This document shows positions 1-12,224 of a DNA stretch of 64,000 bases, one piece after another. The notes beneath the pieces are model-generated. The model was given only the letters and a program-made list of their open reading frames with translations. It had not been told where the DNA came from and searched no databases. Origin of the DNA: Octopus sinensis (taxonomy: Eukaryota); assembly GCF_006345805.1 (NCBI RefSeq), contig NC_043002.1, forward strand, positions 10,354,001 through 10,418,000. Direction: 5' to 3'. How positions within the stretch are numbered: the first letter of the stretch is position 1; each line of letters begins with the position of its first letter. Position numbers and translations under genes: made by a program.

Positions 1-4
1 ATTT

Positions 5-450
5 ATGCCTACAACATTGAGAGATTGTTTCCTCAGTAAGGATATTGCAACGAGTAGGACGACACCATACAATCCCACTGGGAACAGTCAAATAGAAATA
101 TATAATGGTATTATTTGGAAATCAGTTTTCCTCTCTTTGAAAACTCGTGCCCTTCCAGTATCTTCATGGGAATCAGTTCTTCCAGACGCGTTGCATTCAA
201 TCAGATCTCTACTTTGTACGTCCACTAACACCACACCCCATGAACGTTTGTTTAACTATCAAAAACGTTCAGCAACAGGAACATCTATGCCAACATGACT
301 TCTTAACCCAGGATCTGTGCTTGTTCAAAGGAACAATCGCACTAACAAGTATGATCTTAACGTGGACCAAGTTGATTTAATCGAATCCAACCCCCAGTAT
401 GCTCACGTGCGTTACCCAGTCGGTCGCGAAACCACAGTATCCAAAAAAGT
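5..450 (+). mobile_element. Ty3/Gypsy LTR retrotransposon integrase, C-terminal relic
   Basis: Translation PYNPTGNSQIEIYNGIIWK...WESVLPDALHSIRSLLCTSTNTTPHERLF, then past a stop ...VDQVDLIESNPQYAHVRYPVGRETTVS, matches the Gypsy integrase core end and C-terminal domain. In-frame stop at 296-298. Confidence 0.8.
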
Positions 451-499
451 CGTTCATTCACTTGGGTGATCGACGTCCCCTTTATGATGTTCGCAAGTT

Positions 500-895
500 C
501 CCGAGACTGGCTTCTTCGACATCAGAATAGGTAACCACTCTATAAACGTCTAAGATATACTGCAGCTTTCCGTCCTCATACATGTTATTCCGAGTGTTAA
601 CTATAGTGACCTATCTTTCTTCCACTGCGTCAAGCACTGTGCATTAGAGGGCTTTGCCTACACATCGTCTGACTAGATGCAGACCCTCCCAATTCTGAAC
701 GTTGCGGCGTCACACCTGCGTGTCTCGATTCATACAGGAGTATAGACCCTTTTGTCCTACCCTAGGCGAAATATATTGTATCGAAATCTGCCTCAGTGAG
801 GAAGATTCGCATCTTCTCAGCCTTGTCATTGATCATGCGATGGTGTCGCTCCGCAATTCCATTTCCACTGAAAAAATGCGAAGACATCCACAGTG
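500..895 (-). mobile_element. Second, different Gypsy-type integrase C-terminal relic
   Basis: Minus strand reads SGNGIAERHHRMI..., then with stops and frameshifts AKPSNAQCLTQWKK and VTIVNTRNNMYEDGKLQYILDVYRVV, resembling the GNG-x2-ER motif and the C-terminal extension of Gypsy integrases. Confidence 0.6.
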
Positions 896-1774
896 AAATT
901 AGTCTACTTCCTGATCTCACAAATAATACGATGTTCTATTCCTATTAATATTCTGATTGAGACAGAGTTTATTGGAAATGTGTTTAAAATATAATTATTG
1001 TACCCCGTTTAAAATGTTTTATATAATTGCAATTTTCTAATAAGTTATCTTAAGCCACCAAAATCATCCACCTCCTCACAGCGTACTCTGAACACTTGCC
1101 CTCACTTTGTGGTTGAGAATTACTTTAACTCGTGAAGTTTGCTAACAGTAGCTGTTATGTCGTCTTCGTTATTATCTTCGAATAACGTGCATCCTCTATC
1201 ACCGACTTGTTCACTCAGTAGAATAAAATTATTGATTATTAACGCTTTAGCATATTTACACTTAATAATTTTTAATTGCACGATGTGTCTTTTTAATTCC
1301 GACATTCTTTTATAGAACGACAATTCCTCTTGTTTACTGGTTCTCTTAATTACCTACGATCTCTGATGTATACGATTTTGGACGGAAATAGAATCACATA
1401 TTCGAAGAAGCAATGAAATGGAAAGAATCTTACGACGTAGAATGTAGACTAATGGTACGTACGATTATCGATTAATTTAATTGCTATCAGATACTGCGGG
1501 CCAAATGACACAACCGTTTCGTCTGGAACCAGGATTTACTATATTCTAATTTAATGAGTTATAAACATATCTAAAGACCTGGAAAGTGTCATCCAAGTTA
1601 CCTAATTGCTACTTCCATTTATATCCATTGAGCATTTATCACTTATTTCGGGTAAAACTATCGCCTATTCATATTTCATTATGTAAAGATAAGCGATCGT
1701 ATAATTCCAGTATGTATCTATAAGGTTTCAGTTTCTTTGTTTAGTCTTTCTAAACTATATCTATAATCTTCATT

Positions 1775-2005
1775 CACCTATACTCTTTACTCCTTTTACT
1801 CTTTTACTTGTTTCAGTCATTTGACTGCGGCCATGCTGGAGCACCGCCTTTAGTCGAGCAAATCGACCCCGGGACTTATTCTTTGTAAGCCCAGTACTTA
1901 TTCTATCGGTCTCTTTTGGCGAACCGCTAAGTGACGGGGACGTAAACACACCAGCATCGGTTGTCAAGCAATGCTAGGGGGACAAACACAGACACACAAA
2001 CACAT

Positions 2006-2036
<31 letters not shown>

Positions 2037-2210
2037 CATATATACGACAGGCTTCTTTCAGTTTCCGTCTACCAAATCCACTCACAAGGCATTGGTCGGC
2101 CCGGGGCTATAGCAGAAGACACTTGCCCAAGATGCCACGCAGTGGGACTGAACCCGGAACCATGTGGTTGGTTAGCAAGCTACTTACCACACAGCCACTC
2201 CTGCGCCTAT
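1775..2210 (-). mobile_element. tRNA-derived SINE family A, full length
   Basis: Minus strand begins ATAGGCGCAGGAGTGGCTGTGTGGTAAG...GGGTTCAGTCCC (A/B box-like), followed by a CORE-like CTTGGGCAAGTGTCTT, an internal (TA)/(TG) tract and a (GTAAAAGA)-type tail. Many copies occur in the window. Confidence 0.9.
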
Positions 2211-2446
2211 GTGCATAATTAATTTCCTTTTCACAAGCATGGTTGCAATTGTATATGTTTCTAAAAATCAGCGAAAAATATCTTTTGAAAAAACAAAAAC
2301 AAAAACGGACAGTAACGAAGATATCAATTCTTCATACGTCCCGACAGATTAAAATATGCTAAACATTGTTGGATTATGTGCAAGGAAGACACCTTCTTAA
2401 CGAAAATTTATGTTCACAACACACTGGATTTATTGTGGCAAAGAAA

Positions 2447-2495
2447 CTTTGAGAAAACGCCGAGTTTCGACTTGGACGTGTCTCTTCAGTCAAAG
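2447..2495 (-). ncRNA. Degenerate hammerhead ribozyme-like relic
   Basis: Minus strand CTTTGA-CTGAAGA-GAC(acgtccaa)GTC-GAAAC-tcggc-GTT-ttc-TCAAAG. The core and three stems are present, but 3 extra nt separate the cleavage triplet from stem I. Confidence 0.3.
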
Positions 2496-3072
2496 GTAGA
2501 CCAATTCAATGTATCTAATGAATTTGGACTCTTTCTCTATTAAAATCAGCAAAAATTACGATTATTAGTACTGGCTAGTAGTTGTTTTGTATATTTGTTA
2601 CTTCTCAAGGCTACGATAAGCGGATGAGGAAATATTTCCTCATCTGCCTTGACATGTAACAAGATGTAAGATGACTACTAGCGACTACCTTTGATCCTAA
2701 TCAAAACCCCATTGAAGTTTCTGTATACTGCACCAATCGCAAGAGGATTAAACGCCGAACAGTGTGCAACTGTATGAGACAGCTCAACTGTAGCACAAAC
2801 TCTTACCGAAATGTTATTGTTAATAAAGAAGTCAGTTCCTCTAGCAATTTCCATTTGATATATGCACCAAAACCAACTTGATTTTTGTTCGTTGCACAAC
2901 AGAAAAAGTAAACAAAATATTCAATGGGCACCGGTATGGCGGCGGATACAATAACACAGTCTCGAAGGGGCTTGCTGAGTATTTTACATTAAACTCTAAA
3001 TTTCACAGATACCTGAGTGTACTCATTGTCGGAAAATATTGACTCCACAGAACTTTCAGACCTCCAAAAGCA

Positions 3073-3690
3073 TATACATAATTATATTTGTTTCTTTATT
3101 GCCCACAGGGGGGCTAAACATAGAGGAGACAAGCAAGAAGAGCCAAAGGGATTAAGTCGATTACATCGACCGCAGTGTGAAAATGAAACTTATTCCATCG
3201 ACCACGAAAAGAAAAGTCGACCTCGGCGGAATTTGAACTCAGAACGTAACAGACATAGGTATTAAGTCGATTACATCGACCCCAGTGCGTAGCTGGTACT
3301 TAATTTATCGACCCCGAAAGGATGAAAGGCAAAGTCGACCTCGGCGGAATTTGAACTCAGAACATAGCGGCAGACGGAATACCGCTAAGCATCTCGCCCG
3401 ACCTGCTAACGTTTCTGCCAGCTCGCCGCCTAGAACGTAACAGCAGACGAAATACCCATTTCTTTACTGCCCACAAGGGGCTACACACAGAGGGGAAAAA
3501 CAAGGACAGACAAACGGATTAAGTCGATTATATCGACCCCAGTGCGTAACTGGTACTTATTTAATCGACCCCGAAAGAACGAAAGGTAAAGTCGACCTCG
3601 GCGGAATTTGAACTCAGAACGTAGCTGGAGGCGAAATACCGCAAAGCATTTCGCCTGGCGTGCTAACGTTTCTGCCAGCTCTCCGCCCTA
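3073..3690 (-). mobile_element. SINE family B, tandem cluster of about three partial/complete units
   Basis: Repeated GGCGGCGAGCTGGCAGAAACGTTAG head and GTCGACTTTGCCTTTCATCCTTTCGGGGTCGAT body on the minus strand. Confidence 0.85.
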
Positions 3691-4056
3691 TATAGATAAG
3701 TATATTAATGAGTTACTAACATCACTGTTTAGAGGGATGAGCAAAATGACAAATTTCAGATTTATATAAACATTATTACCAAGTGTTTTCTTGCCTTTGT
3801 TCAATGTTTTAATTTTTCTCTTTTTCTTTTCTTTTTATTTCTCTTTTTCTTTGTTGTTTTTTTCCCTATTGTTAAAACCACTGAAACTTGACATTATCCA
3901 TGTAGGAAGGAACGCAGCACAGTCCAGATGAAAGTCTGAATTTTTGAATTTCTGAATATGTTTCATTTTTCCTTTGAACCTGAACACAGACGTACAGTTG
4001 AAATATCGTTCAGTTCCGTAAACAGAGCCAAGCTCCGTTTATTGCAATACGCATTG

Positions 4057-4776
4057 CGCTCTTCTTCTTCTTTCTTCTTCTTCTTCTTCTTCTTCTTCTT
4101 CTTCTTCTTCTTCTTCTTCATCATCTTCTTCTTCTTCTTCATCTTCTTCTCTTCTTCATCTTCTTCTTCATCATCTTCTTCTTCTTCTTCTTCTTTATCT
4201 TCTTCTTCATCTTCTTCTTCTTCTTCTTCTTCTTCATCTTTTTCTTCTCTTCTTCATTCATCTCTTTCTCAATCATCTTCTTCTTATTCTTCTTCTTCTC
4301 TCCTCTTCTTCTTCTATCTTCTTCTCTTCTCTTCTTCTCTTCATCATTTCTTCTTCTTCTTCTTTATCTCATTTCTTCTTTTCTTCTTCTTCTTTTCTTC
4401 CTCTTCTTCTTCATCTTGCTTTCCTCTCTTCTTCTTCTTCTTCTTCTTCTTTCTCTTCTTCTCCCCTCCTCTTCTTCTTCTTCTTCTTCTTTTTTCTTCT
4501 TCTTATTCTTTTCTCTTCTTCTCCTTTCTTCTTCTTCTTCTTCTTCTTCTTCTTCTTCTCCTCCTCCTCCTTCTCTTCTTCTTCTTCTTCTTCTTTTTCT
4601 TCTTCTTCTCTTCTTCTTCTTCTTCTTCTTCTACTACTACTACTACTACTATACTACTACTACTACTACTATACTAATAATAATAATGATGATAGTAATA
4701 ATAATAGTATTATTTATATTATTATTATAATTAATATTAGTAGTAGTAGTAGTAGTAGTAGTAGTGTAGTAGTAGT

Positions 4777-4808
<32 letters not shown>

Positions 4809-4825
4809 TAGTAGTAGTAATAATA

Positions 4826-4878
<53 letters not shown>
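4057..4878. repeat. Compound microsatellite (CTT)n-(TAC)n-(AAT)n-(TAG)n-(AAT)n
   Basis: Directly visible. It explains the poly-F/S/L ORFs at 3958-5067. Confidence 0.97.
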
Positions 4879-4879
<1 letters not shown>

Positions 4880-5335
4880 GTGTTAACTGCAAACGTAAAC
4901 AGACTGTATATGAAAAGAAAGAATGGTGGCAGAGGACTGATTAGTATAGACCATTGTATAAGGAGTGAAAGAAGAACGTTTGCTGAGTATTTGGTAAATA
5001 GCGATGAAGACCTACTGCAATATGCCACGAAAGATATAGGTGTAAATGTAGATGAAACGATGGGCAAGGAAGAGTTTAATCAAAGAGCTGAGGAGAAGAG
5101 AAAAGAAGACCTTCTTGAAATGAGAATGCATGGACAGTTTGAAAGGAATACACAGGACGTTAAGGATAATACAGCATCGTGGGCATGGCTTGAGCGAAGT
5201 AATTTGAAACGTACCACCAAAACTTGATCATTGCTGCACAAGACCAGGCTCTCCCTACCAATTCAGTGAAGTATGGCATCTATAAAACTTCTGACACCCA
5301 TAAATGCAGACTGTGAAAAGAGTGTGGAAAATTTT
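4878..5335 (+). mobile_element. R4/Dong-like REL non-LTR retrotransposon fragment (lineage C)
   Basis: RLYMKRKNGGRGLISI...MHGQFER...WAWLERSNLKR, then IIAAQDQALPTN...KCRLC. This is the post-RT to CCHC region. It starts at an (AAT)n tract. Confidence 0.8.
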
Positions 5336-5336
5336 G

Positions 5337-5507
5337 AGGGAAGGGATTAAGTCGATTACATCGACCCAACTGCGTAACTTGTACTCATTTTATCGACCCA
5401 GAAAGGATGAAAGTAAAAGGCTGAATTTGAACTTAGAACGTAACGGCAGACGAAATAACGCTAAATATGTCGCCGGCACTGTAACGATTCTGACAGCTCG
5501 CCGCCTC
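5337..5507 (-). mobile_element. SINE family B, degenerate copy
   Basis: Reverse complement of the family B head and body, abutting the LINE fragment. Confidence 0.7.
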
Positions 5508-5517
5508 AATAATAATA

Positions 5518-5568
<51 letters not shown>

Positions 5569-5585
5569 GATGAAGAAGAAGAAAA

Positions 5586-5988
5586 ATGAGCAAATATAAA
5601 GATCTTGAAATAGAAATTAGCAAAATGTGAATCTGAAGACTAAAATCATACCTGTTGCTATAGGTGCCATGGGAATGATAGAAAAAGGGACTGATTGCTC
5701 TCTAGTTCAGATAAAAAGAAACCCCAAAATGGCAGAAATTCAAAAGTTAGTGCTCATGGGAACTGCTCATATCCTACGCAAAATACTTTCTATGTAATCT
5801 CAAGTTTTAAAACAAACAGAATTTTCTTATGGCTTCTTAAACATTCTGTAGAACAACACTAAGTACAAAACCAAATATATGGCACCCTAGGCATAACACC
5901 AACAAGAAATTCTAACTTGTTGTCTCTTGAGGTCTCTGATTGAAACTTGGAGTCACCTTGTACAAATGCAATGCAAAAGTCAAACATA

Positions 5989-5990
<2 letters not shown>
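5586..5990 (+). mobile_element. 3' end of R4/Dong-like LINE (lineage B), copy 1
   Basis: MSKYKDLEIEISKM.NLKTKIIPVAIGAMGMI...QKLVLMGTAHILRKILSM* plus a ~200 nt 3' UTR, ending in (AAT)n. Confidence 0.85.
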
Positions 5991-6051
<61 letters not shown>

Positions 6052-6216
6052 TAATAATAAAATAATAAAAAGACGAAGAAGAAAGAAGAAGAAGAAGAAG
6101 AAGAAAAGAAGAAGAGAAGAAGAAGAAGAAGAAGAAGAGAAGAAAGAAGAAGGAAGAAGAAAGAAGAGAAGAAGAGAAAGAAGAAGAAAGAAAGAAGAAG
6201 AAGAAGAAGAAGAAGA

Positions 6217-6622
6217 ATGGGCAAATATAAAGATCTTCAAATGGAAATTAGCAAAATGTGGAACCTGGAGACTAAAACAATACCTGTTGTCACAGGTGCC
6301 ACGGGAATGATAGCAAAAGTGTCTGATTGCTATCTAGCTCAGATATAATGAAACCCCAAAATGGCAGAAATTAAAAAGATAGTGCTCATGGGAGCTGCCC
6401 ATATCCTACACAAAATACTTTCTATGAAATCTGAAGTTCTAAAACAAACATAATTTTCTGATGGTTTTTTAAACATTCTGTAGAACAACACTATGTACAA
6501 AACCAAATATATGGCACACTAGGCGTAACACCAGCATGAACTTCCAAATTGTTGTCTCTTGAGGTATCTGGGTGAGACTTGGAGCCAACTTGTACAAATG
6601 TAAAGCAAAAGTTAAACATAAA
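6217..6622 (+). mobile_element. 3' end of R4/Dong-like LINE (lineage B), copy 2
   Basis: Aligns end to end with 5586-5990 (roughly 85-90% identical by eye), with the same 5' start and an (AAT)n tail. Confidence 0.85.
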
Positions 6623-6733
6623 ATAATTATAATTAATAATAATATAATAATAATAATAAAATAATAATAATAATAAAATAATAATAATAATATAATAATA
6701 AAAAATAATATAAATAATGATAATAATAATAAG

Positions 6734-9700
6734 ATGTAAGAAGAAGGTAAGAAGGAAATACAGAGCTCCGAAATCTATTCACAAACATCGAAAACAAGGA
6801 CACCCTATGGAGCCAAAGATTTACTAACAAAGAATTGGACTATATCCGAGTAAGTAATACGAATTGAAATTTATTACTATTTTCGAAACGAAATGATGTA
6901 TTTTGACTCGATATTATCTCCACCTCTAACACAACACATGTAAACATGCGTGGAACAACACGATCATCCCCGACCTCAAACACCATGTACAAAGGAACTA
7001 CGAAGAAATTAAATGCCACCGATACTATTCAACCCAAGAATAACAATCGAGCGGTACGTACATTAAACCTACAACAAAAAATGTACGAAAAACTACACGT
7101 GCGAAATAATGTGACAACAGAAATAAACGGACCGGTACCCTACGAAAATGACGACCGTCAAAATAATGGGCCGGACGTTGTACCTCATGTCCCGCAATTA
7201 AAACCCAAAAGACGTAAATGGACACGTGAGGAATACATTTCTATCTTACACGCATACTTCACAGCAATGCTCTACCCACAAAATGAAATACAACAAACAA
7301 TACATATAAAATATGGAAGGAAAATAATAGAGATATAGACTTGGATACAGCAATGAACCCTAATAAATTAGCTAACGTACGAAAGATACATTCTCAAGCC
7401 AAAAAAATATCAGAAATAGAAATAGAACATTTAAAAGAAAAAATACACCAGGAAAATGTAGATAGAAGCCACACAACAATGCCCAATAATATAAACACTG
7501 AAACTGTAAAACACGAAGACAAACGCAACATTCCCAACAAGCACGATGTAAACAACGAAGGGGAGCCTAATGATTATGATAATATAAAAAATAAATAATC
7601 AAAGAACTAAAACCACAGAGCTCAAAATGGACCACCGACCATACCTCCCAAGAATCAAAATAAACGCAATAACAACACCAATTATAAACAACATAAACCT
7701 AGCCGTCACTGAACTAGCCACTGAAACAAAAAAAAAGTGATATTACTGAACTAAATGACTTAATATACGCAGCAGCCACTGCAGCCACAAAGAAGCTGGA
7801 TACTCATCCAAACCCGCCCAAACAGGAGTACCACCACCCAAACAAACCCTGTGGATAAATAACATCCAAAACAAAATAAAAAAAATTAGAAAAGACCTGT
7901 CGATTCTTAATGAAATCAGCAAACAAGCAACGCTACTGAGCAACAAAAAGAGAAAAAAATGCTCCGCAAATATAACATCACAGAAAAAGATTTGCCGGAG
8001 ATAAAAGAAAAGCTGAAGCAAGATATCCTTGCCAAAGCTCAAAGGATCCGCCGGTATACGAGAAACGCCAACGCTTCTTTGAACAGAACAAAAAGTTCAA
8101 CTCCGACCCCAAAAAGTTCTACCAAGAAACTGGGCAAAAATAAAAATAGAAGTTCACTGCAGCACCAACGGCAGAAGAAATTGGAAGAATTCTGGAAAGA
8201 AATATGGTCGGCGAACGAACAGCCAAAAAAAAAGGAGTATGAAAATAACAAACTCGGCATCTGAACAACTTTGGACCCCATAACAACTGAAGAGGTCACC
8301 CAGGCACTGCAAAACTAAGCAACTGGAAGGCACCTGGGCATGACAAGATCCCCAACTTCTGGTTGAAATATCTAACAGGAATGCACAAAAAGCTGGCTGA
8401 AAACTTTAAACAGCATACTAGCAGAGCCAGAGACAATGCCTGAATGGCTCACGAAGGGGAAAACCATCTTAATTCCCAAATCAAATGAAACAAAAAACCA
8501 GAAAACTACAGACCAATAACCTGCCTCCCTACTATGTTCAAGGCATTTACTGCAGTGATATCGCAAGGCTGAACAAGCACCTGGACGAAAACAAACTGTT
8601 CCCAGAAGAGCAGAAAGGATGCCGCAAGGGCTCATATATGGCTGTAAAGATCAACTAATGATTAATAAAGCCGTAACTGAAGACAGCACAGAAAGAAGAA
8701 AGGCCTCAGTATGGCCTGGATTGACTACAAAAAGGCGTTTGATAGCATCCCCCACACGGATCCTCGAAACACTAGCCATTAACAAAGTAGCACCAACAAT
8801 CATAAATTCATAGAGCACTCTATGAATAAATGGCAAACAGTCCTACACCTCCAACAAAAGAGGGACTCATGAAAACCAAAGACATCCCCATTAGAAGAGG
8901 AATATTCCAGGGAGACACGCTCTCTCCACTCCTTTTCTGCTTGGCACTGTCACCTCTATCTGATATGCTAAATAGAACTGGATGCGGATATAAATGTTAC
9001 GGCAAAACGATCAGCCACCTTTATATATGGATGACCTAAAACTATACGCTGCAAATGACAAACAGCTGGAAACACTATTAAAGACAGTTCATGGATTTAC
9101 CAAAGAAATAGATGAAATTTGGATTAGAAAAATGCGCCAAGTAACCATGAAAAGAGGAAAACTAGTTAAGAGTAACAACATCACACTAGATAAAAACCAA
9201 TGAAATAAAAGAATTAGACCAAAGCCAAACTTACAAATACTTAGGAATCCATGAACTAGATAAGACACAACACACACAAATGAAAGAGAAAATAAAAAAA
9301 GAATATTATAGACGAGTTAGATCAATACTAAAAACAGAGCTCAATGCTAAAAACAAGATAATAGGTATCAACACTTTAGCTGTCCCAGTTATAAGTTACA
9401 GCTACAATATCCTTAACTGGACACGAAATGAACTGTCCAAAATAGATAGGAAAACAAGAAAAATAATGACAGGATCTAGGATGCATCACCCAAAATCTGA
9501 CATAGAAAGACTATATATACAACGTATAGAAGGTGGGTAGAGGCCTTATACAGCTGGAAAACTACTATAAAATAACCACCATAGGACTGCAAAAATACCT
9601 ACTTCAGAAGGAAGGAAACTGATCCAGATAGCAGCAAAACACGAGCAAAACAAAAAACTGTTCTCAGTATTTAAGGAAGCTGACAAATACAAACAAGAAA

Positions 9701-10675
9701 TCATACCACCTAATAAACACGAAGAAGAAGAGAGATGATGAAGAAACAACAAAAGCTATAAAACAAATGAAATCCAAACTAAAAATAGAACAGCAACGAG
9801 CCATGATAAAACGATGGCAAGAAAAGCCCCTTCATGGTAAATACTGCACTAAACTAAACGCAAAAGAAATAGACAAAGAAAAATCCCAGCAATGGTTGAG
9901 AAGCTCAGGACTCAAAGCAGAAACAGAGGGATTTTTAATTGCAGCACAAGACCAAAGCCTCCCCACCAGAAATTACCAAAAACATGTAATGAAAAGAAAT
10001 ATTACAAGTAACTGCAGAATGTGGAGATGGACAAGAAACAATAAATCATATTATCTCTAGCTGTGCCCAGTCCTGGCTAAGAAGGAATATATTCACAGAC
10101 ATGACAGAGTTGGAACCTACATACATTGGAAGTTATGTCAACATTATGGAATAACAACAGAAAAAAGATGGTATAGGCACACACCAGAAAAGGTCACAGA
10201 AAACGAGAAAGCAACCATACTCTGGGATATGCCGATACACACAGATAGAGAAATTAAGCCCAACAGACCAGATATAGTTGTCAAAGATCATGAAGAAAAA
10301 AAATGCTTTCTAATTGATGTGTCAATACCGGCAGATGACAACGTGTCTCTAAAAGAAATGGAGAAACTCTCAAAATACAAAGATCTGGAAACAGAGGTAA
10401 CTAGAATGTGGAATCTGAAAACAGAAACAATTCCTATCATAGTAGGTGCATTAGGCATGATAACAAATATTCAGACAAATACATAACGAAAACACCAGGA
10501 CTTACAAACACATATAACATACAGAAAATTGGACTACTAGGCACTGCACACATCCTACGCAGAACACTTTCCATACAATAACCATCAGAGCATCACAACA
10601 AATCACAGCACATACCCAAGGCACACAGAGCTGCGCTCGGTAGTGAAGTGGAAGCACGCTATAAAAATAAAACTA

Positions 10676-10680
<5 letters not shown>
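6734..10680 (+). mobile_element. Near full-length R4/Dong-clade non-LTR retrotransposon (lineage A), frameshifted
   Basis: Single pol-like ORF in pieces: N-terminal Myb-like KRRKWTREE; RT (SNWKAPGHD, GIFQGDTLSPLLF, HLLYMDDLKLY); LYIQRIEGGRGL; CCHC zinc finger; RHD; REL nuclease RPDIVV..LID. (AAT)n on both flanks. Confidence 0.92.
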
Positions 10681-10707
<27 letters not shown>

Positions 10708-10709
<2 letters not shown>

Positions 10710-11257
10710 CCCTGGTGCACTACCAGGCAGTAGCTCTCATTGCTTCTGAACTTAACTGATTGGAAGTGTTATCATGTACGTTGTTTTGTCTTGGTATAAA
10801 AGATGGGCTACCACAAATATTCTGCTCAATACCACAGATTTGCTTGTCAGTTGTTTGACCTTAACCAGTTGAACATGTCCCTTAGTGGCTGACAATATCT
10901 GCATCTCTGATCAGGAGCAGAAGTAGTGGGGGAGCATCATAGCCATGTGTTGAGAGGTATTCTTTGGGGTTTGAATAATTCCCCTCTGGAAACATGAGTG
11001 TTTCGTTCAAAATCCTTAAACAATCCTTATTCAGGGACCTTTTGAGTGGGATGGGCTACTCGACTAGAAGAAAATTCTAAGTGGGCCCCACCTGCAATAT
11101 CATGTGCTGTGTATTTTGATATGAAATCGTGTTGTACACATATGGTTGTGATGCATGTATTGGTGTACCCTTATCAGACGGGTAGTCAAGATGGGTATAC
11201 TGAGCTTCGTATATTTTACCCCAGTGTCACTTTAATGTCATGCACTGCTCTCAATAC

Positions 11258-11258
<1 letters not shown>
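10708..11258. repeat. Unclassified ~550 bp interspersed element X, copy 1
   Basis: Recurs at 30780-31319 and 63717-64000. Flanked by (AAT)n. No ORF or tRNA head recognised. Confidence 0.85.
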
Positions 11259-11307
<49 letters not shown>

Positions 11308-11498
11308 TAATATTTTATATTTTAAAATCTCCTTGAAAATAAAATAAGTTAGGAGACTTACTACCTTCAGCTTTCGAATACACAAACGATCACCTTAAAA
11401 AAAAAACAAGAAAAACTTTAATATCTACAACTAATGTGTGACGAGTTATCGTTTCCTCTCTCGCTGAGTATTCGAAAATGTAAACACCATCCTCCGTT

Positions 11499-11813
11499 TT
11501 ATTCTAAGAACACTACTATTTATCTCTGTGCGGTCATACAAAAGACCATATTTAGTAAATCTTAAAACTTTACAATCTACAACTTGTATTCTTTTCTTTT
11601 TTTACTTTCCCTAGTGTTCGAAAATGTAAACATCCTTTTCATTGCAAAAGTCCTATTGTATTCTCCAACTGGACAGACAAACAAACACCTCAAAACTTTT
11701 TTAAAACTTTAATATATTCCCAGATACGCAAACACACTTTTTTTGCAACAACACAATTGAATTCAGATATTCAAAAATTCAACAACACATATATATCAGA
11801 ATATATGTGTGTG

Positions 11814-11860
<47 letters not shown>

Positions 11861-12160
11861 GGTGTGTGTGTGTGTGTGTATCTGTGTATGTGTATGTGTA
11901 TGTGTGTATATATATTATAATTTTTTCAACCAGTAATTACAAATAGAACATGTTGAATTGCTTCTTTTCAAGGCAGCGCTCCCAGTATCCACTGGTAGTA
12001 CTAAACATATTTGACCTCTGCCGACGTAAAGTGTGCGAAGAGTCCTTTGTTTCTATGGCTGACCTCCCCATCATCAGCCGAATCTATTTTTAGACTTGTA
12101 AAATATATGATCTATTTACCAAACTGCTACCCAACTTTTCCCTAAGACAATGGTGGTGGT
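11499..12160 (+). repeat. Left arm of large inverted repeat
   Basis: Reverse complement aligns with 12960-13565, e.g. TTATTCTAAGAACACTAC vs GTAGTGTTCTTAGAATAA and CCAAACTGCTACCCAACTTTTCCCTAA vs TTAGGGAAAAGTTGGATAGCAGTTTGG. Confidence 0.92.
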
Positions 12161-12224
12161 GATGATGATAATAATGATAATAATAATAATAATGATAATA
12201 ATAATCACAATAATAATAATGAAA

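Noticed and set aside
3958-6240. Long ORFs rich in F/S/L/I/Y (also 33272-33927 and the many YI, CV and YLSI ORFs)
   Set aside because: They are translations of (CTT)n, (AAT)n, (GAA)n, (TA)n, (TG)n and (GATA)n microsatellites, with no coding signal.
10708-10960. Short resemblances of element X to U1 snRNA (TACCAGGCAG, TGATCACGA, GTAGTGGGGGA)
   Set aside because: The matches are short and not colinear at U1 spacing, so they are insufficient to call an snRNA origin.
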